A stretch of 64,000 nt of DNA from a virus (taxonomy: Duplodnaviria > Caudoviricetes). Numbering within the stretch: the first letter of the stretch is position 1; each line of letters begins with the position of its first letter. Below, one piece after another: positions 27,566 through 37,735 of this stretch. The stretch spans positions 32,001 to 96,000 of IMG/VR virus record IMGVR_UViG_3300032092_000009. One strand, given 5' to 3'. Both the position numbers and the translations under genes were made by a program. The notes beneath the pieces were generated by a model. The model was not told where the DNA came from and did not search any database. It saw only the letters and a list, made by a program, of their open reading frames with translations.

Positions 27566-27922
27566 ATGAAAGTAGCACGTAGATATGAAGAAGGAGTTAA
27601 GTTACATCAAGCATATATTGATGTATTGCTCAGACTTGCAGGGTATAGATTATCAGATTTATACACTAGTATATTAGCCCATAGTTCCTACTACGGCACT
27701 TTAGACAAAGAAGTAAAAGAAAGAATCGCTGGTGAGTTTAACACATCAATTCAGGTAATCTCTAATGGAATTACTAGATTAAGAAAGATGGGCATCTTAG
27801 AAAAAAACATAGTCAACCCAAGACTGTGTCCTACTAGCAAGCAAGGTGTTACACTCACATTGGTTCTTTCAACAGGCAATGGAGTAACTGAGAATAAGGC
27901 AGAGAGCGCAATAGCAGTATGA
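27566..27922 (+). CDS. Winged helix-turn-helix-like DNA-binding protein, 118 aa
   Basis: ATG 27566 downstream of the promoter; KERIAGEFNTSIQVISNGITRLRKMGILEK HTH pattern. Confidence 0.6.
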   Translation: MKVARRYEEGVKLHQAYIDVLLRLAGYRLSDLYTSILAHSSYYGTLDKEVKERIAGEFNTSIQVISNGITRLRKMGILEKNIVNPRLCPTSKQGVTLTLVLSTGNGVTENKAESAIAV

Positions 27923-28461
27923 GGAAAGTAAAAGATAGGTATGAAGGTATTGAAATAAAAACTTATGCAGCTTACTCAGAAGTTGCTAAGGAAACTGGAA
28001 TGACTATCGACCAAGTAAGCACTATCTACGAATGGTACTTAAAGAAGACCATAGAAGAGATAAGAGATCTTCCTACTGTGAAAGTAAGAATGTCTGGCTT
28101 AGGAGTACTTGTATTTAATCCTAACAAAGCAATCAAGATCATTGCTACTAAGATTAAGTCTGAGTACTTGATTACCCAGGAATCCAGAGAAGACTGTACA
28201 GCACTTAGAGGATATAACAATTATTATATGCTTAAAGACTGGCTTAGGATTTTCGAAGAAAGGTACGAAAGAGGAAAGAGCAAGAAACTATACACAGACG
28301 TAGTAGTAGATTACATGGACAGAGAATTACTAAGACAAAAACAAAACCACAAAAATTTATATGAATCCTTACAAAGAGTACATGGCCCTGAGCCTGAAGG
28401 GTCTGAAGAATTTGAACAAAGTCTTGGAGGGAGTAGCAACGAAGACAGCGAATCAATTTAA
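27919..28461 (+). CDS. HU/IHF-like protein, 180 aa
   Basis: EVAKETGMT..QV..IY..Y...VRMSGLGVL resembles the HU/IHF N-terminal fold. Confidence 0.55.
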   Translation: MRKVKDRYEGIEIKTYAAYSEVAKETGMTIDQVSTIYEWYLKKTIEEIRDLPTVKVRMSGLGVLVFNPNKAIKIIATKIKSEYLITQESREDCTALRGYNNYYMLKDWLRIFEERYERGKSKKLYTDVVVDYMDRELLRQKQNHKNLYESLQRVHGPEPEGSEEFEQSLGGSSNEDSESI

Positions 28462-28744
28462 ACTATTGAGTAATGAAAAACAGAACGTTATCGCAGAGAG
28501 AATGGATATTTGTATCAAGTGTCCCTACAATTCAACAAACGCAGTCACTTCCCCTGAGTACTTACAACTTACGGGCGAACACTACAGCACCACAAGGACA
28601 GAACTACACTGTTCGTTTTGTGGTTGCATCTGCACCTACAAAACAGCATCCCTATCTTCGGATTGTGGAATAGAAACTTGGAATAACTCCAACCCTAACA
28701 ACCCAGAAAAACACTTAGAACTATTATGGAAAAGAACAGAGTAA
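28361..28744 (+). CDS. Cys-rich, probably zinc-binding, phage protein, 127 aa
   Basis: ERMDICIKCP..CSFCGC..KT.S..SDC..W pattern. Confidence 0.7.
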   Translation: MNPYKEYMALSLKGLKNLNKVLEGVATKTANQFKLLSNEKQNVIAERMDICIKCPYNSTNAVTSPEYLQLTGEHYSTTRTELHCSFCGCICTYKTASLSSDCGIETWNNSNPNNPEKHLELLWKRTE

Positions 28745-28857
28745 AAAAGACCACAATCAAGAATGGTTGTGACAAAAAGCCAGGAAGCAAGTGTGGAGTA
28801 CAAATTTACTTCTTGCCTGCTGACAAACCTCTAACACAGGTTTCTTCTAAAAAATAA
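28726..28857 (+). CDS. Small basic protein, 43 aa (not in ORF track)
   Basis: MEKNRVKKTTIKNGCDKKPGSKCGVQIYFLPADKPLTQVSSKK; fills the gap and stops 4 nt before the next ATG. Confidence 0.45.
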   Translation: MEKNRVKKTTIKNGCDKKPGSKCGVQIYFLPADKPLTQVSSKK

Positions 28858-28861
28858 GATT

Positions 28862-29068
28862 ATGGAAAACCACCAAGCCCCTAGTCCTCAACCTCACGTA
28901 GCCAATACTCTCCAAGATAACTTATTTGAAACATTTAAGATCTTCTGGAAAGCAGGTTACTCTTATGGAAAGACAGGAAGGGATGAAGATTTCTATGCAC
29001 GTGTCCTAGAAGACATTATGAATATGAATCAAATTGACTTCCTAAAAAAGTACAACAATGGCAACTAA
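28862..29068 (+). CDS. Hypothetical protein, 68 aa
   Basis: ATG start, overlaps the next gene's start. Confidence 0.6.
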   Translation: MENHQAPSPQPHVANTLQDNLFETFKIFWKAGYSYGKTGRDEDFYARVLEDIMNMNQIDFLKKYNNGN

Positions 29069-29375
29069 GAAATTATCATACATATCAGCAGAGTTAGAGT
29101 GGGCAGAACAACGCCTAACTGAGTGGAGGGCATACATTGATAACAATCCTATCAACGGACTCAAAGACAGGATTGAATGGAAGCCAACAGCTAAAGGAGG
29201 AACTATGCCTATGGTTATTGCTAGTCAAGAATCTCAAATCAAGTCTTTAAGAGATACTATGAAAGAGTATCTAGCTCTTTTAGAAGTAGTAGATAGATTG
29301 AGAGAGAAAGAAGAGCAAAAAGCAGAAGCTAGAGGTTCTCAAGAGATCAATGGTAAGATGAAACAGTTTAGTTAA
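29058..29375 (+). CDS. Helical protein directly upstream of TerL (terminase small subunit candidate), 105 aa
   Basis: Position and coiled-coil ending ARGSQE; function inferred from position. Confidence 0.45.
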   Translation: MATKKLSYISAELEWAEQRLTEWRAYIDNNPINGLKDRIEWKPTAKGGTMPMVIASQESQIKSLRDTMKEYLALLEVVDRLREKEEQKAEARGSQEINGKMKQFS

Positions 29376-29380
29376 TAGTT

Positions 29381-31390
29381 ATGTATCCAAATCTAGAAAG
29401 TCCTGAATTCCTAATCAACGTACACAATCTCCCTGACGCAGACTCAGAGGAGTATACTGCGTTCTGGGAAAACGAGGACAAAAAGATTACAGAGGGTGTA
29501 ACTATTAACGGATTCTATTTTTCTCCTTTTATTTACTGGCACTTAAACTACTGGTCCATTTATGTGGACACTATGATAGGTAAGCGTCAAGTTCGTAAAT
29601 TAGATAAACCTCAGTTGTGGGACACCTACTTAGCTGTAGATGAAACTATCAACAAAGCTGAGAATCACGAAGACGGAAAGAAAGGAGTTGTTATGGTAGG
29701 ATCAAGACGTATCTCTAAATCAGTTCTTACTTCTTCCTATATGGCTCACAAGGCTGTAACACAGAAGGGATCTGACAACTTGATATCTGCGCTTAATCAA
29801 CCTGACTTAAAAGTAATCACAGACTATGTAGACTTAGGTCTTAGAAACCTTCCTGACTATTTTAGATTTCCTCGTATTGAGGATGACTGGAAGAAGCAGG
29901 TAACTTTAGGTTTTAAAGATAAAAAGACTAACGCTCGTAATGAGTGGTCTAAGTTTCATGTACGTAACTTCGATGAAGGTAACAATACGGAAGCAGCGGC
30001 AGGTCTTACTCTATCTTCGTTTCTTTTGGAAGAAGGAGGAAAAGGAAAGATCCTTAGTTGTTTAGCGGCAACTACTCCGTGTTTTGATAGTCCTTATGGA
30101 TGGCGTTGCTCTCCTTTTGTAATTGGAACTTCTGGAGACATGAGTAAAGCAGCTGACCTAGAAGAACTTTTCAATAACCCAGAAGCTTATAACTTTCTTC
30201 CTGTAGAATCTAACGAATCAGGAAAGTCTTACGGATTGTTTATTCCAGGAACTCGTTCTTTGAAAGTACCAAAAGAAGAAAAGCCTTTAGGACTTTACTT
30301 AGGTAAGGAAGGTCAGTCCGAGTTAGATCTAATTAAGATCTGGGTAGCAGACGAAGAAAAAGGTAAAGACCAGATTCTTAAGTCTAGAGAGCAGATTAAA
30401 AAGTCTAGTGGATTAGAGACTTACTTGAAAGAAGTAATGTATTACCCACTAACTCATGAAGAGTGTTTCCTAGAACTGTCTCAGAATATCTTTCCAGTAG
30501 ATTTGCTTCAGGAACAATTACAGAAACTAACAGCTCAAGAGATTGTAGCTGACAACGTAGAACTGTATACAGGATCTGAAGGAACTATTAGACACAAGTT
30601 TACAGATAAGAAAGCCGTTACAATGTTCCCAGTGAAGCCAACAGATGACATTGAGGGTTGCGTACAGATTTGGGAATATCCTCTCTCAGATGCTCCCTAT
30701 GGGCTTTATACAGCAGGAACGGATCCATACAAACAATCACAGGCTCACTACTCAACTTCTTTAGGGTCTACTTACATCTACAAAAGGGTACATAGTCTTA
30801 ACGGAGAAGGGTGGCAGAATATGGTTGTTGCTTGTTACACAGGTCGTCCTAAGAAGATTGAGACTTGGTACGAGACTACTAAGATGCTTCTTAAGTATTA
30901 CAATGCTAAGACTCTTTGTGAAAACATGGACTACGGTTTTATCCAACACTGTGTAGATAAGAACGAATCTCCCAGAGTACTTGAGAAGACACCTAGATTC
31001 TTAAATGATATTCATCCTAACTCTACAGTTAATCGTGACTATGGTATTCACATGACTAAAGATATTAAAAACTATTTGATGTCCCTCATCATTGAATACA
31101 TTACCGAAGTAGTAGAGATAGAGAGAGACGCAGATGGAAACATAGTAAAAGAACGCTTAGGAGTAACCAGAATATTAGACCCTGTACTGATTAAGGAATT
31201 AATTAAGTTTACACCTAAGTTAAACGTTGACCGAGTTATATCTTTTGGCTTGACATTAGCAATGGCTAAATCATTGAACACTCAGGTAATCATATCTGAT
31301 GCAAGTCAAGACACTAGAATGCAAGCATACTTTAGAGAGAAGAAAGGGAACTCTCTATTCCGTACTACCTCATCTCCCTTCCGTTATTAA
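29381..31390 (+). CDS. terL: Terminase large subunit, 669 aa
   Basis: Walker A-like GSRRISKS, Walker B-like FLLEEGG, VIGTSG coupling motif, RNase H nuclease AGTDPY..CEN..NVDRV; precedes the portal gene. Confidence 0.92.
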   Translation: MYPNLESPEFLINVHNLPDADSEEYTAFWENEDKKITEGVTINGFYFSPFIYWHLNYWSIYVDTMIGKRQVRKLDKPQLWDTYLAVDETINKAENHEDGKKGVVMVGSRRISKSVLTSSYMAHKAVTQKGSDNLISALNQPDLKVITDYVDLGLRNLPDYFRFPRIEDDWKKQVTLGFKDKKTNARNEWSKFHVRNFDEGNNTEAAAGLTLSSFLLEEGGKGKILSCLAATTPCFDSPYGWRCSPFVIGTSGDMSKAADLEELFNNPEAYNFLPVESNESGKSYGLFIPGTRSLKVPKEEKPLGLYLGKEGQSELDLIKIWVADEEKGKDQILKSREQIKKSSGLETYLKEVMYYPLTHEECFLELSQNIFPVDLLQEQLQKLTAQEIVADNVELYTGSEGTIRHKFTDKKAVTMFPVKPTDDIEGCVQIWEYPLSDAPYGLYTAGTDPYKQSQAHYSTSLGSTYIYKRVHSLNGEGWQNMVVACYTGRPKKIETWYETTKMLLKYYNAKTLCENMDYGFIQHCVDKNESPRVLEKTPRFLNDIHPNSTVNRDYGIHMTKDIKNYLMSLIIEYITEVVEIERDADGNIVKERLGVTRILDPVLIKELIKFTPKLNVDRVISFGLTLAMAKSLNTQVIISDASQDTRMQAYFREKKGNSLFRTTSSPFRY

Positions 31391-31415
31391 CTAAAACTAA
31401 AATAAATATACTGAA

Positions 31416-33869
31416 ATGATTATTGAATCTCTCAAAGAGTACACTGATCCACTAAATCACGCCTATTTCTACCCAGAGCAATTTGTAAGCTTATCGGAGA
31501 AACAGAAAGAGCAGTGGATTAAGTCTACTATGGACTACTTTGCAAATATTGCATTTTCGCAGTATAAGCAAAATATCAACTTCAGAAAGAACTACCGTTT
31601 GCTTAACGGTGAATTCAACTTTGCTGACTACACAAACGTCCCTGAGTATCAGGAGATGATAAGCTATTTGAATGATGTTCCAGATCAGGAACCTGAAGTA
31701 CCCCAGCATTTGAAGCACTATCCAATAGTTAATCCTCCTATCAATCAGTTGAAGGGTGAGTTGATTAATCGTCCTCACAAATACAAGGTAAAAGCTGTGG
31801 ATGATGAAGCCATCAACGAGACTATTGACTTTAGAACTGAGTTGATTAAGGAACACTTCCTACAAAAACTGCAAGCACAGATGGAAGGTCAGGAGATAGA
31901 TCCAGAACAAGAGGCTCAGATGCAGCAAGAGATCCAGGATAAAATCTTGGATTACACTTCAGTTGCTGAAGAGTGGGGTAACAAAACTCTTAATGCACTC
32001 AAGTATCATTTTAACTTTAGAGAGAAGTCACAAGGATCTTTCTTAGATTTTTTGGTAACAGGTAAAGAGTTTCACCACTTCTACCCTGATAATTCTCGCT
32101 TAGGTTTTAATTATAAAGTAGAGAATCCATCTAACGTATGGTACCTGGCTAACCGTAATGCTCAGTATACTTCTGATTGTTGGGCACTAGGTCTTATCGA
32201 AGTTCTTTCTATGACTGAGATTGTAGAACGTTACAATCTAACAGGAGAAGAAGTAGAACATCTTAAGAATCGTTCTCTGCAAAACTTAAGAAACAATGAG
32301 TACTCTCCTTTGGCTCCTGCTCTTCCAGATCCTAACGATCCTTTGTGGCAGTTGACTTTTGAAAACGTAGGTGACTTTGCCAACGGAGGTATTGACCATA
32401 ACGTATTCTCATTTAACTCTCAGCACTCTTACACAGTTGTTACTTCTTACTGGCAGTCTAAAAAGAAAATCTTTAAGAGAACTTTCCTAGACGAAGAAGG
32501 ATTTCAACAAGAGATGTTTGTATCTGAAGACTACAAGATGGACAAAACTCTGGGTGATGTTATGCTTGAAGAACTTTGGATTAACGAATGGTGGAGAGGT
32601 ATCAAGATTGGAGCAGACATCTACGTAAACGTAGAACCCTTAGAATTTACTCAACAGGCTCCTATCGTAGGTATCATTAATACTACTCGTAACACTCAAG
32701 GTAAATCTTTGTTAGATCTTCTTAAGCCCTACCAGGTTCTTTACAACATCTGTATGAACCAGTTGTGGGAATTGCTTGAGAAAGAAATTGGGGTTGTGTT
32801 CTTAGGTGACCTTAAAGTTGTTCCTAAGAAAGATTCTCAAGATCCTATTGAGACAATGCTTTGGAATGCCAAGAACAGAGGTACTCTTTTGATTGATACT
32901 TCTATTGAGAATACAGGAGGAGCTGTACAGTTCAACCAATTCTCTCGTATGGATCTTACACGTTCTCAGGAAATTCAAGCACGTATCCAACTAGCTCAAC
33001 AACTTCGTTTAGAGGCTTATGAACTAGTAGGTCTTACTCGTCAACGTTTAGGTAACTCTCAAGCATCAGACACAGCAACTGCTGCTAACAATGCTTTGAT
33101 TCAATCCTTTGCTCAGACAGAGACTTGGTTTGCTTGGCATGATAACATCTTGCAGAAAGTGTATCAGACTATCTTGGACATGGCTCAGTATATTGAGTTG
33201 CAGAAACCTACTTCTACGCTTAACTACTTAAACTCTGAACTAGAGACAGTATTCCTAAGAGTAAGTAAGAATGAACTCCTTCATGAACTATTCGTATTCG
33301 TTTCTTCTTACGCAGAAGATAAAGTAACCCTAGAACAGTTGAAGCAATTGGCTCAGCCTGCTATGCAGAATGGAGCAGAGCTCTCTGAAATGGTAGACTT
33401 GTTTACTGCTAACTCTGAAAGAAATCTACGTAAGACTTTGGGTGATGTTCAGAAACGTAAAGAAGCTATTCGTCAACAAGAGCAAGCTATGAAACAACAA
33501 GAGTTGCAGCAACAGCAAGCACAGTTTGAACAGAAGATGCAGATGGATGCTGCTCAGAAAGCAGAGGATGCACGTAGAGAAGATATGAACAAGCAGCTTG
33601 ATCGTGAGAACAGACTTCAGGTAGTACAACTTCAAGGTATTGCTAACGAAGGTTCTTATAATCCTGAAGTAGACACTACAGGTCTTCTAATTCAACAAAC
33701 TAAAATGGCTCAAGAAATTTCTAAGCAAAGCTTTGATAAAGTAGTTAAAGATAAAGAGCTTAGTTTGAAGGAGAAAGAGCTGTCTCTCAAGGAGAAAGAC
33801 ATCGACAACAAACTAAAAATAGCTCAAACAAATAAAAATAAATACGATTCAGGCTCAAAAAAGAAATAA
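31416..33869 (+). CDS. Portal protein, 817 aa
   Basis: Follows TerL; HYPIV.P.I..L.GE, KPYQ.LYNI, G.TRQR.G motifs and a Gln-rich coiled-coil C-terminus as in crAss-like portals. Confidence 0.88.
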   Translation: MIIESLKEYTDPLNHAYFYPEQFVSLSEKQKEQWIKSTMDYFANIAFSQYKQNINFRKNYRLLNGEFNFADYTNVPEYQEMISYLNDVPDQEPEVPQHLKHYPIVNPPINQLKGELINRPHKYKVKAVDDEAINETIDFRTELIKEHFLQKLQAQMEGQEIDPEQEAQMQQEIQDKILDYTSVAEEWGNKTLNALKYHFNFREKSQGSFLDFLVTGKEFHHFYPDNSRLGFNYKVENPSNVWYLANRNAQYTSDCWALGLIEVLSMTEIVERYNLTGEEVEHLKNRSLQNLRNNEYSPLAPALPDPNDPLWQLTFENVGDFANGGIDHNVFSFNSQHSYTVVTSYWQSKKKIFKRTFLDEEGFQQEMFVSEDYKMDKTLGDVMLEELWINEWWRGIKIGADIYVNVEPLEFTQQAPIVGIINTTRNTQGKSLLDLLKPYQVLYNICMNQLWELLEKEIGVVFLGDLKVVPKKDSQDPIETMLWNAKNRGTLLIDTSIENTGGAVQFNQFSRMDLTRSQEIQARIQLAQQLRLEAYELVGLTRQRLGNSQASDTATAANNALIQSFAQTETWFAWHDNILQKVYQTILDMAQYIELQKPTSTLNYLNSELETVFLRVSKNELLHELFVFVSSYAEDKVTLEQLKQLAQPAMQNGAELSEMVDLFTANSERNLRKTLGDVQKRKEAIRQQEQAMKQQELQQQQAQFEQKMQMDAAQKAEDARREDMNKQLDRENRLQVVQLQGIANEGSYNPEVDTTGLLIQQTKMAQEISKQSFDKVVKDKELSLKEKELSLKEKDIDNKLKIAQTNKNKYDSGSKKK

Positions 33870-33876
33870 AATGAGC

Positions 33877-33918
33877 TTAAAGTAGGGGGTTTTTGAGCCT
33901 GAAAATCCCCTATTTTAA
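33877..33918 (+). terminator. Terminator-like hairpin with a competing alternative stem
   Basis: TTAAAGTAGGGGGTTTTT/GAAAATCCCCTATTTTAA, 18 bp including G-U pairs, loop GAGCCT. Confidence 0.65.
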
Positions 33919-33954
33919 CTTAATGTGTATATCATAACCAAAATTATTAATCTC

Positions 33955-33984
33955 TTGTGTTAATTTTTTAAAATATTACTTTTG
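33955..33984 (+). promoter_or_regulatory. Bacteroidota-type promoter for scaffold/capsid genes
   Basis: TTG 33955-33957, N19, TACTTTTG 33977-33984. Confidence 0.7.
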
Positions 33985-34004
33985 AATTAAACCAAACTAA
34001 CCTT

Positions 34005-35144
34005 ATGACACCTAATAGTTCTTTAGAGAATCTAGAGTTCTTTGACAGTTTTTCCGTAGATGATCCAATTGATTTGGATACCGCTGTTGAAGATCCCAAT
34101 GCAAACATCAAACCCGATATCCTAGGAGGAGAAGAGTTTGATCCTTTGAAAGATGAGGAAGAAGATACTCCCCCAGCACCTCCAACACCTCCTAAGACTC
34201 CTGCTCCTGCTCCTGCAGAAGAGGAAGAAGAGGAAGAAGAGATAGACTTAGACGAAGATAACGAAGAAGGAGAAGAAAACTACTTCGAAGTATTCGGTAA
34301 AGGTCTTGTAAAAGCAGGAATGCTTAACGTAGAAGAGGGAGAAGAGATTGAATGGACTGAACAAACGTTCTTAGCTAAGATGAATGAAACCATTGAAGAC
34401 AGAGCATGGAATCAGTTAGAGGAACTCGCAACCGAGACCTACGGAGAAGCAGGAGTACAGATGATCGAAGATATCTTCATTAACAAAGTACCTGTTCTAG
34501 AATACCTACAAAAGTTTTCAAACGAACAAATTGTAGAGAATGTAGACTTAACTGTAGAAGCAAACCAAGAAAGAGTTTTCCGTTTGTATCTAGCTAAGAC
34601 AGGAATGGACGAAGATGAGATTACAGATCAACTTAACTACGCTAGAGATAATGATCGCTTAGAGGCATATGCTCAGAAGTACCACGGTAAACTGATAGAG
34701 AAGATGCAACAGGAAAGAGCAACACTCGCACAAGAGAGTGAAGCACGAGTACAGGCGATGAGACAAAAAGAAGAGGAAAGAGAACAGCTTTATGCTGACG
34801 TACTTGATAAAGCAATTGCTTCTGGTGCTATCGAAGGATACCCAATCAATGAACAGTCTGCAGGTGATCTTTTTGATTTCGTTCTTTCTAAACCACACGT
34901 TCTTCCAAACGGTCAACGTATTAGTGAGTTTGAATACAAACTAGCTAAGATGCGTCAGGAAGATCCAAGTAAGTTTCTAGCTGTAGCAAAACTTGTTCAG
35001 AGTGATTTGGACTTGACTCCTGTAAAAAGAAAAGCTGTTACCGAAGAAACTAATTCTCTCTTCAATGATTTAAAGACCAAGAGCAAGAAGTCAACTAAGC
35101 CTGCAAAGTCTAATGACGATCTATTCTCACGGTACTTCAAATAA
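34005..35144 (+). CDS. Probable capsid scaffolding protein, 379 aa
   Basis: Between portal and capsid genes; very acidic and Pro-rich N-terminus, coiled coil, basic C-terminus. Confidence 0.7.
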   Translation: MTPNSSLENLEFFDSFSVDDPIDLDTAVEDPNANIKPDILGGEEFDPLKDEEEDTPPAPPTPPKTPAPAPAEEEEEEEEIDLDEDNEEGEENYFEVFGKGLVKAGMLNVEEGEEIEWTEQTFLAKMNETIEDRAWNQLEELATETYGEAGVQMIEDIFINKVPVLEYLQKFSNEQIVENVDLTVEANQERVFRLYLAKTGMDEDEITDQLNYARDNDRLEAYAQKYHGKLIEKMQQERATLAQESEARVQAMRQKEEEREQLYADVLDKAIASGAIEGYPINEQSAGDLFDFVLSKPHVLPNGQRISEFEYKLAKMRQEDPSKFLAVAKLVQSDLDLTPVKRKAVTEETNSLFNDLKTKSKKSTKPAKSNDDLFSRYFK

Positions 35145-35176
35145 AAACACAAAAACAAAAAAAATAAATTACTACT

Positions 35177-36700
35177 ATGCCTAATCAAAGTATTCCACAT
35201 GTTAATGGGAGAGTTATAGCTAACGCTCACATGACAAGCTCATTCTATTCTAAGAATGGTTTGGGTAAATTGACAGACAAGAATTTTGTTGAAACTATGT
35301 TGCGCACTAAGCCTGACCAGTATGACAAAATGATGATCCGTCTTTTCACTGACACTAAATTGTACAAGAACGACCTTTTGGATTTGGTCATGAAGACTGG
35401 TAAGCCTTTCATGGTTAACGATCCTAACGGTGTTTTCACCTACAAAATCAAGAAGCGTGCTGAGTTGCCAAAAATCATCATCGGTACTTCTGCTTCTAAT
35501 CCTGGTAGAGATGGTTCTGTATTCGAATTGGTGTTTGACAAGAACGTATTCGTTGTAAACGATATCGTAACTGCTCACCGCTACGAGCAAGAGACTCAAA
35601 TCCAGATCGTATCTGAAGGAGAGAAATTCCAAAACGGTTTCAAATACAAGTGTACTGCTGTTGGCGCTTCTGCTGCTGATTTCGTAGATGCTCGTTTCTT
35701 GGCTGTAGGAGTTGAGTACTTCAAGATCGGTAACGTATTGGGTGAGTACACCACTTCATTCTCTAGCTTGGGATTGTTCGATGGTAACTTGGAAGTAATG
35801 GCTGACGTATTGCAACAGTATGGTGTTGAACACACTATCACTGACTGGGCTGATGCTACCAAATTGGGTATGCAAACTGATGCAGCTGGTAATCCTATGG
35901 ATATCACCTACTACTCAGTTTCTGATCCTATGGCTGAAGGCGAAAAGACCAAGATTGTTGGTTGGGAGCCTACTGTATCTCGTTTGTTGCGTATGGAAAT
36001 GTTGCGTATGAAGGCTAACACTTTGATGTGGGGTCGTCAAGGTAACGGTAAAGACGAAAAAGGTCGTCCTACTCGTGCCAAGCAAGGTTTGTGGCAGCAA
36101 TTGCACTTGGGTAACGTTATCTATTATGATCGTGGCCAGTTCTCTTTGAACTTGATTCGTACTGCTATCGGTGACTTGTTCTACAACCGTGTGTTGATTA
36201 AAGATCGTAGCGTGAAGATCTACACTAACCGTTCTGGTATGGAGTTGGCTTCTACTGCTATCCGCAAAGACTTCAACGGTCAGAACTTTACTGTATCTGC
36301 TGATAAGTTCTTGGATGGTAAAGATCGTACCAAGCAAGGTTACGCTTTCCAATTCGATCACTTCATGACCACCGAAACTGGTCCTGTAGAATTCGTAGAA
36401 TTGGAACAGTTGAACGAGCATGCTACTTTCTTGGAGTTGGGTCCTAACAAGAAGACTCCTCCAATCTTCATCATCTTGGATGTAAGTGGTCAAGAAGACG
36501 CTGGTATCCGTGAGGTAAAATTGTCTACTCGTCCTAACATGTACTACCAGTACATTGCAGGTTCAGTAGGATTCGGTGCTCAACAGACATCAATCGCTAA
36601 CAAAGATCCTTACAGTACCTACATCATGAAGGACTTCTGTGGTATCTTCTTGGAAGATCCTACCAAGACTGTAATCATTAAAGAATTCCCTCGCATCTAA
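35177..36700 (+). CDS. Major capsid protein, 507 aa
   Basis: Synteny (terL-portal-scaffold-MCP), size, strongest codon bias in the window, LMWGR..G..QGLWQQL motif, followed by a stable hairpin. Confidence 0.88.
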   Translation: MPNQSIPHVNGRVIANAHMTSSFYSKNGLGKLTDKNFVETMLRTKPDQYDKMMIRLFTDTKLYKNDLLDLVMKTGKPFMVNDPNGVFTYKIKKRAELPKIIIGTSASNPGRDGSVFELVFDKNVFVVNDIVTAHRYEQETQIQIVSEGEKFQNGFKYKCTAVGASAADFVDARFLAVGVEYFKIGNVLGEYTTSFSSLGLFDGNLEVMADVLQQYGVEHTITDWADATKLGMQTDAAGNPMDITYYSVSDPMAEGEKTKIVGWEPTVSRLLRMEMLRMKANTLMWGRQGNGKDEKGRPTRAKQGLWQQLHLGNVIYYDRGQFSLNLIRTAIGDLFYNRVLIKDRSVKIYTNRSGMELASTAIRKDFNGQNFTVSADKFLDGKDRTKQGYAFQFDHFMTTETGPVEFVELEQLNEHATFLELGPNKKTPPIFIILDVSGQEDAGIREVKLSTRPNMYYQYIAGSVGFGAQQTSIANKDPYSTYIMKDFCGIFLEDPTKTVIIKEFPRI

Positions 36701-36715
36701 TTGCGAATCTATGAC

Positions 36716-36739
36716 GGAGGGGGTTTAATAGCCCCCTCC
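36716..36739 (+). terminator. GC-rich hairpin after the capsid gene (weak terminator or mRNA stabiliser)
   Basis: GGAGGGGGT/GCCCCCTCC stem with no real U tract. Confidence 0.55.
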
Positions 36740-36779
36740 TGATTAGATAAAGTTAGAACTAAACCAAAAACCAAACCAA

Positions 36780-37718
36780 ATGAGTAAACAAATAGCACAG
36801 GGAGTGCGTATTATTCGTCCCTTCAAACGTCAACCATCTAGCATGCGCACCTTAGAGGGTTCATTGTACCAGAATGGATACAACTTCATTCCAGGAACAG
36901 TAAGAAAATTTTTCCCACGAGTTGATTCACGTGGAGTAATTCGGACAGGATTAGACGAGAACTCTCCAAAGTTCCGTGGAATCTTAGACCTAAAAGTTAG
37001 AGAGCAAGAGATTCAAAGAGTTACACAACTTAGAGAATACTACGAGTCTATCCTAGACGAGTCCTTGTTGCCTAACAGTACGTTCTATGACGAAATCAAA
37101 GAAAATGGCTATACCCTAGAAGACGGTGACAACCTCTTCAATATGGAAAATCCAAGAGACGCAATCAATTTCTATTGGTTAATGGAAACTGATATGGTTG
37201 CTGCTTCTATGGATGATATAGAAAGTGGTAAAGTCGATACATCAATTGTAAAATTCTACGTTTACAATGGTGATGTTGAAACTAAGACAACCTTTGAGCG
37301 TAAGAAAAAGATCAACAGCGCTATTGCATCTCTTGATAAGATGACTGCAAGCAAGCGTAAGAAGGTTCAGAAACTTATCGGCTTAGGTTTGCCTATGGAT
37401 GCTACAGAAGAAGAAGTTTACAATGCAGTAGATGAATTCCTCCGTACACCTGCCTCTGCTCTAGATAGAGACCCTATCGAACAGTTTAACAGAATCATGG
37501 CTTACAGTGATGATTTGTTGGATGTTAAGTCTCTGGTTAGAGATCTAGTAGATAAAAACATAGTTAGAATTAAAGGTTCTATTGTATACGAAGGTGAGCA
37601 TGTGTGGTCTAAGTCAATTGAAGAGTTTGAACTTTTCTTGGCAGATCCTAAGAACACTGAAGAGTACACAGCCTTTAAAGAAAAACTAAAGAACAAAGCA
37701 CGAATTGACGCTCTATAA
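36780..37718 (+). CDS. Conserved crAss-like protein following the capsid gene, 312 aa
   Basis: Synteny; RTGLD motif and FL.DPKN C-terminal motif. Confidence 0.6.
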   Translation: MSKQIAQGVRIIRPFKRQPSSMRTLEGSLYQNGYNFIPGTVRKFFPRVDSRGVIRTGLDENSPKFRGILDLKVREQEIQRVTQLREYYESILDESLLPNSTFYDEIKENGYTLEDGDNLFNMENPRDAINFYWLMETDMVAASMDDIESGKVDTSIVKFYVYNGDVETKTTFERKKKINSAIASLDKMTASKRKKVQKLIGLGLPMDATEEEVYNAVDEFLRTPASALDRDPIEQFNRIMAYSDDLLDVKSLVRDLVDKNIVRIKGSIVYEGEHVWSKSIEEFELFLADPKNTEEYTAFKEKLKNKARIDAL

Positions 37719-37735
37719 TAAACTAAATAACTGAT

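Noticed and set aside
29381-36700. Introns or inteins in terminase, portal or capsid genes
   Set aside because: ORFs are continuous and of normal size; no intein termini or homing endonuclease motifs seen.
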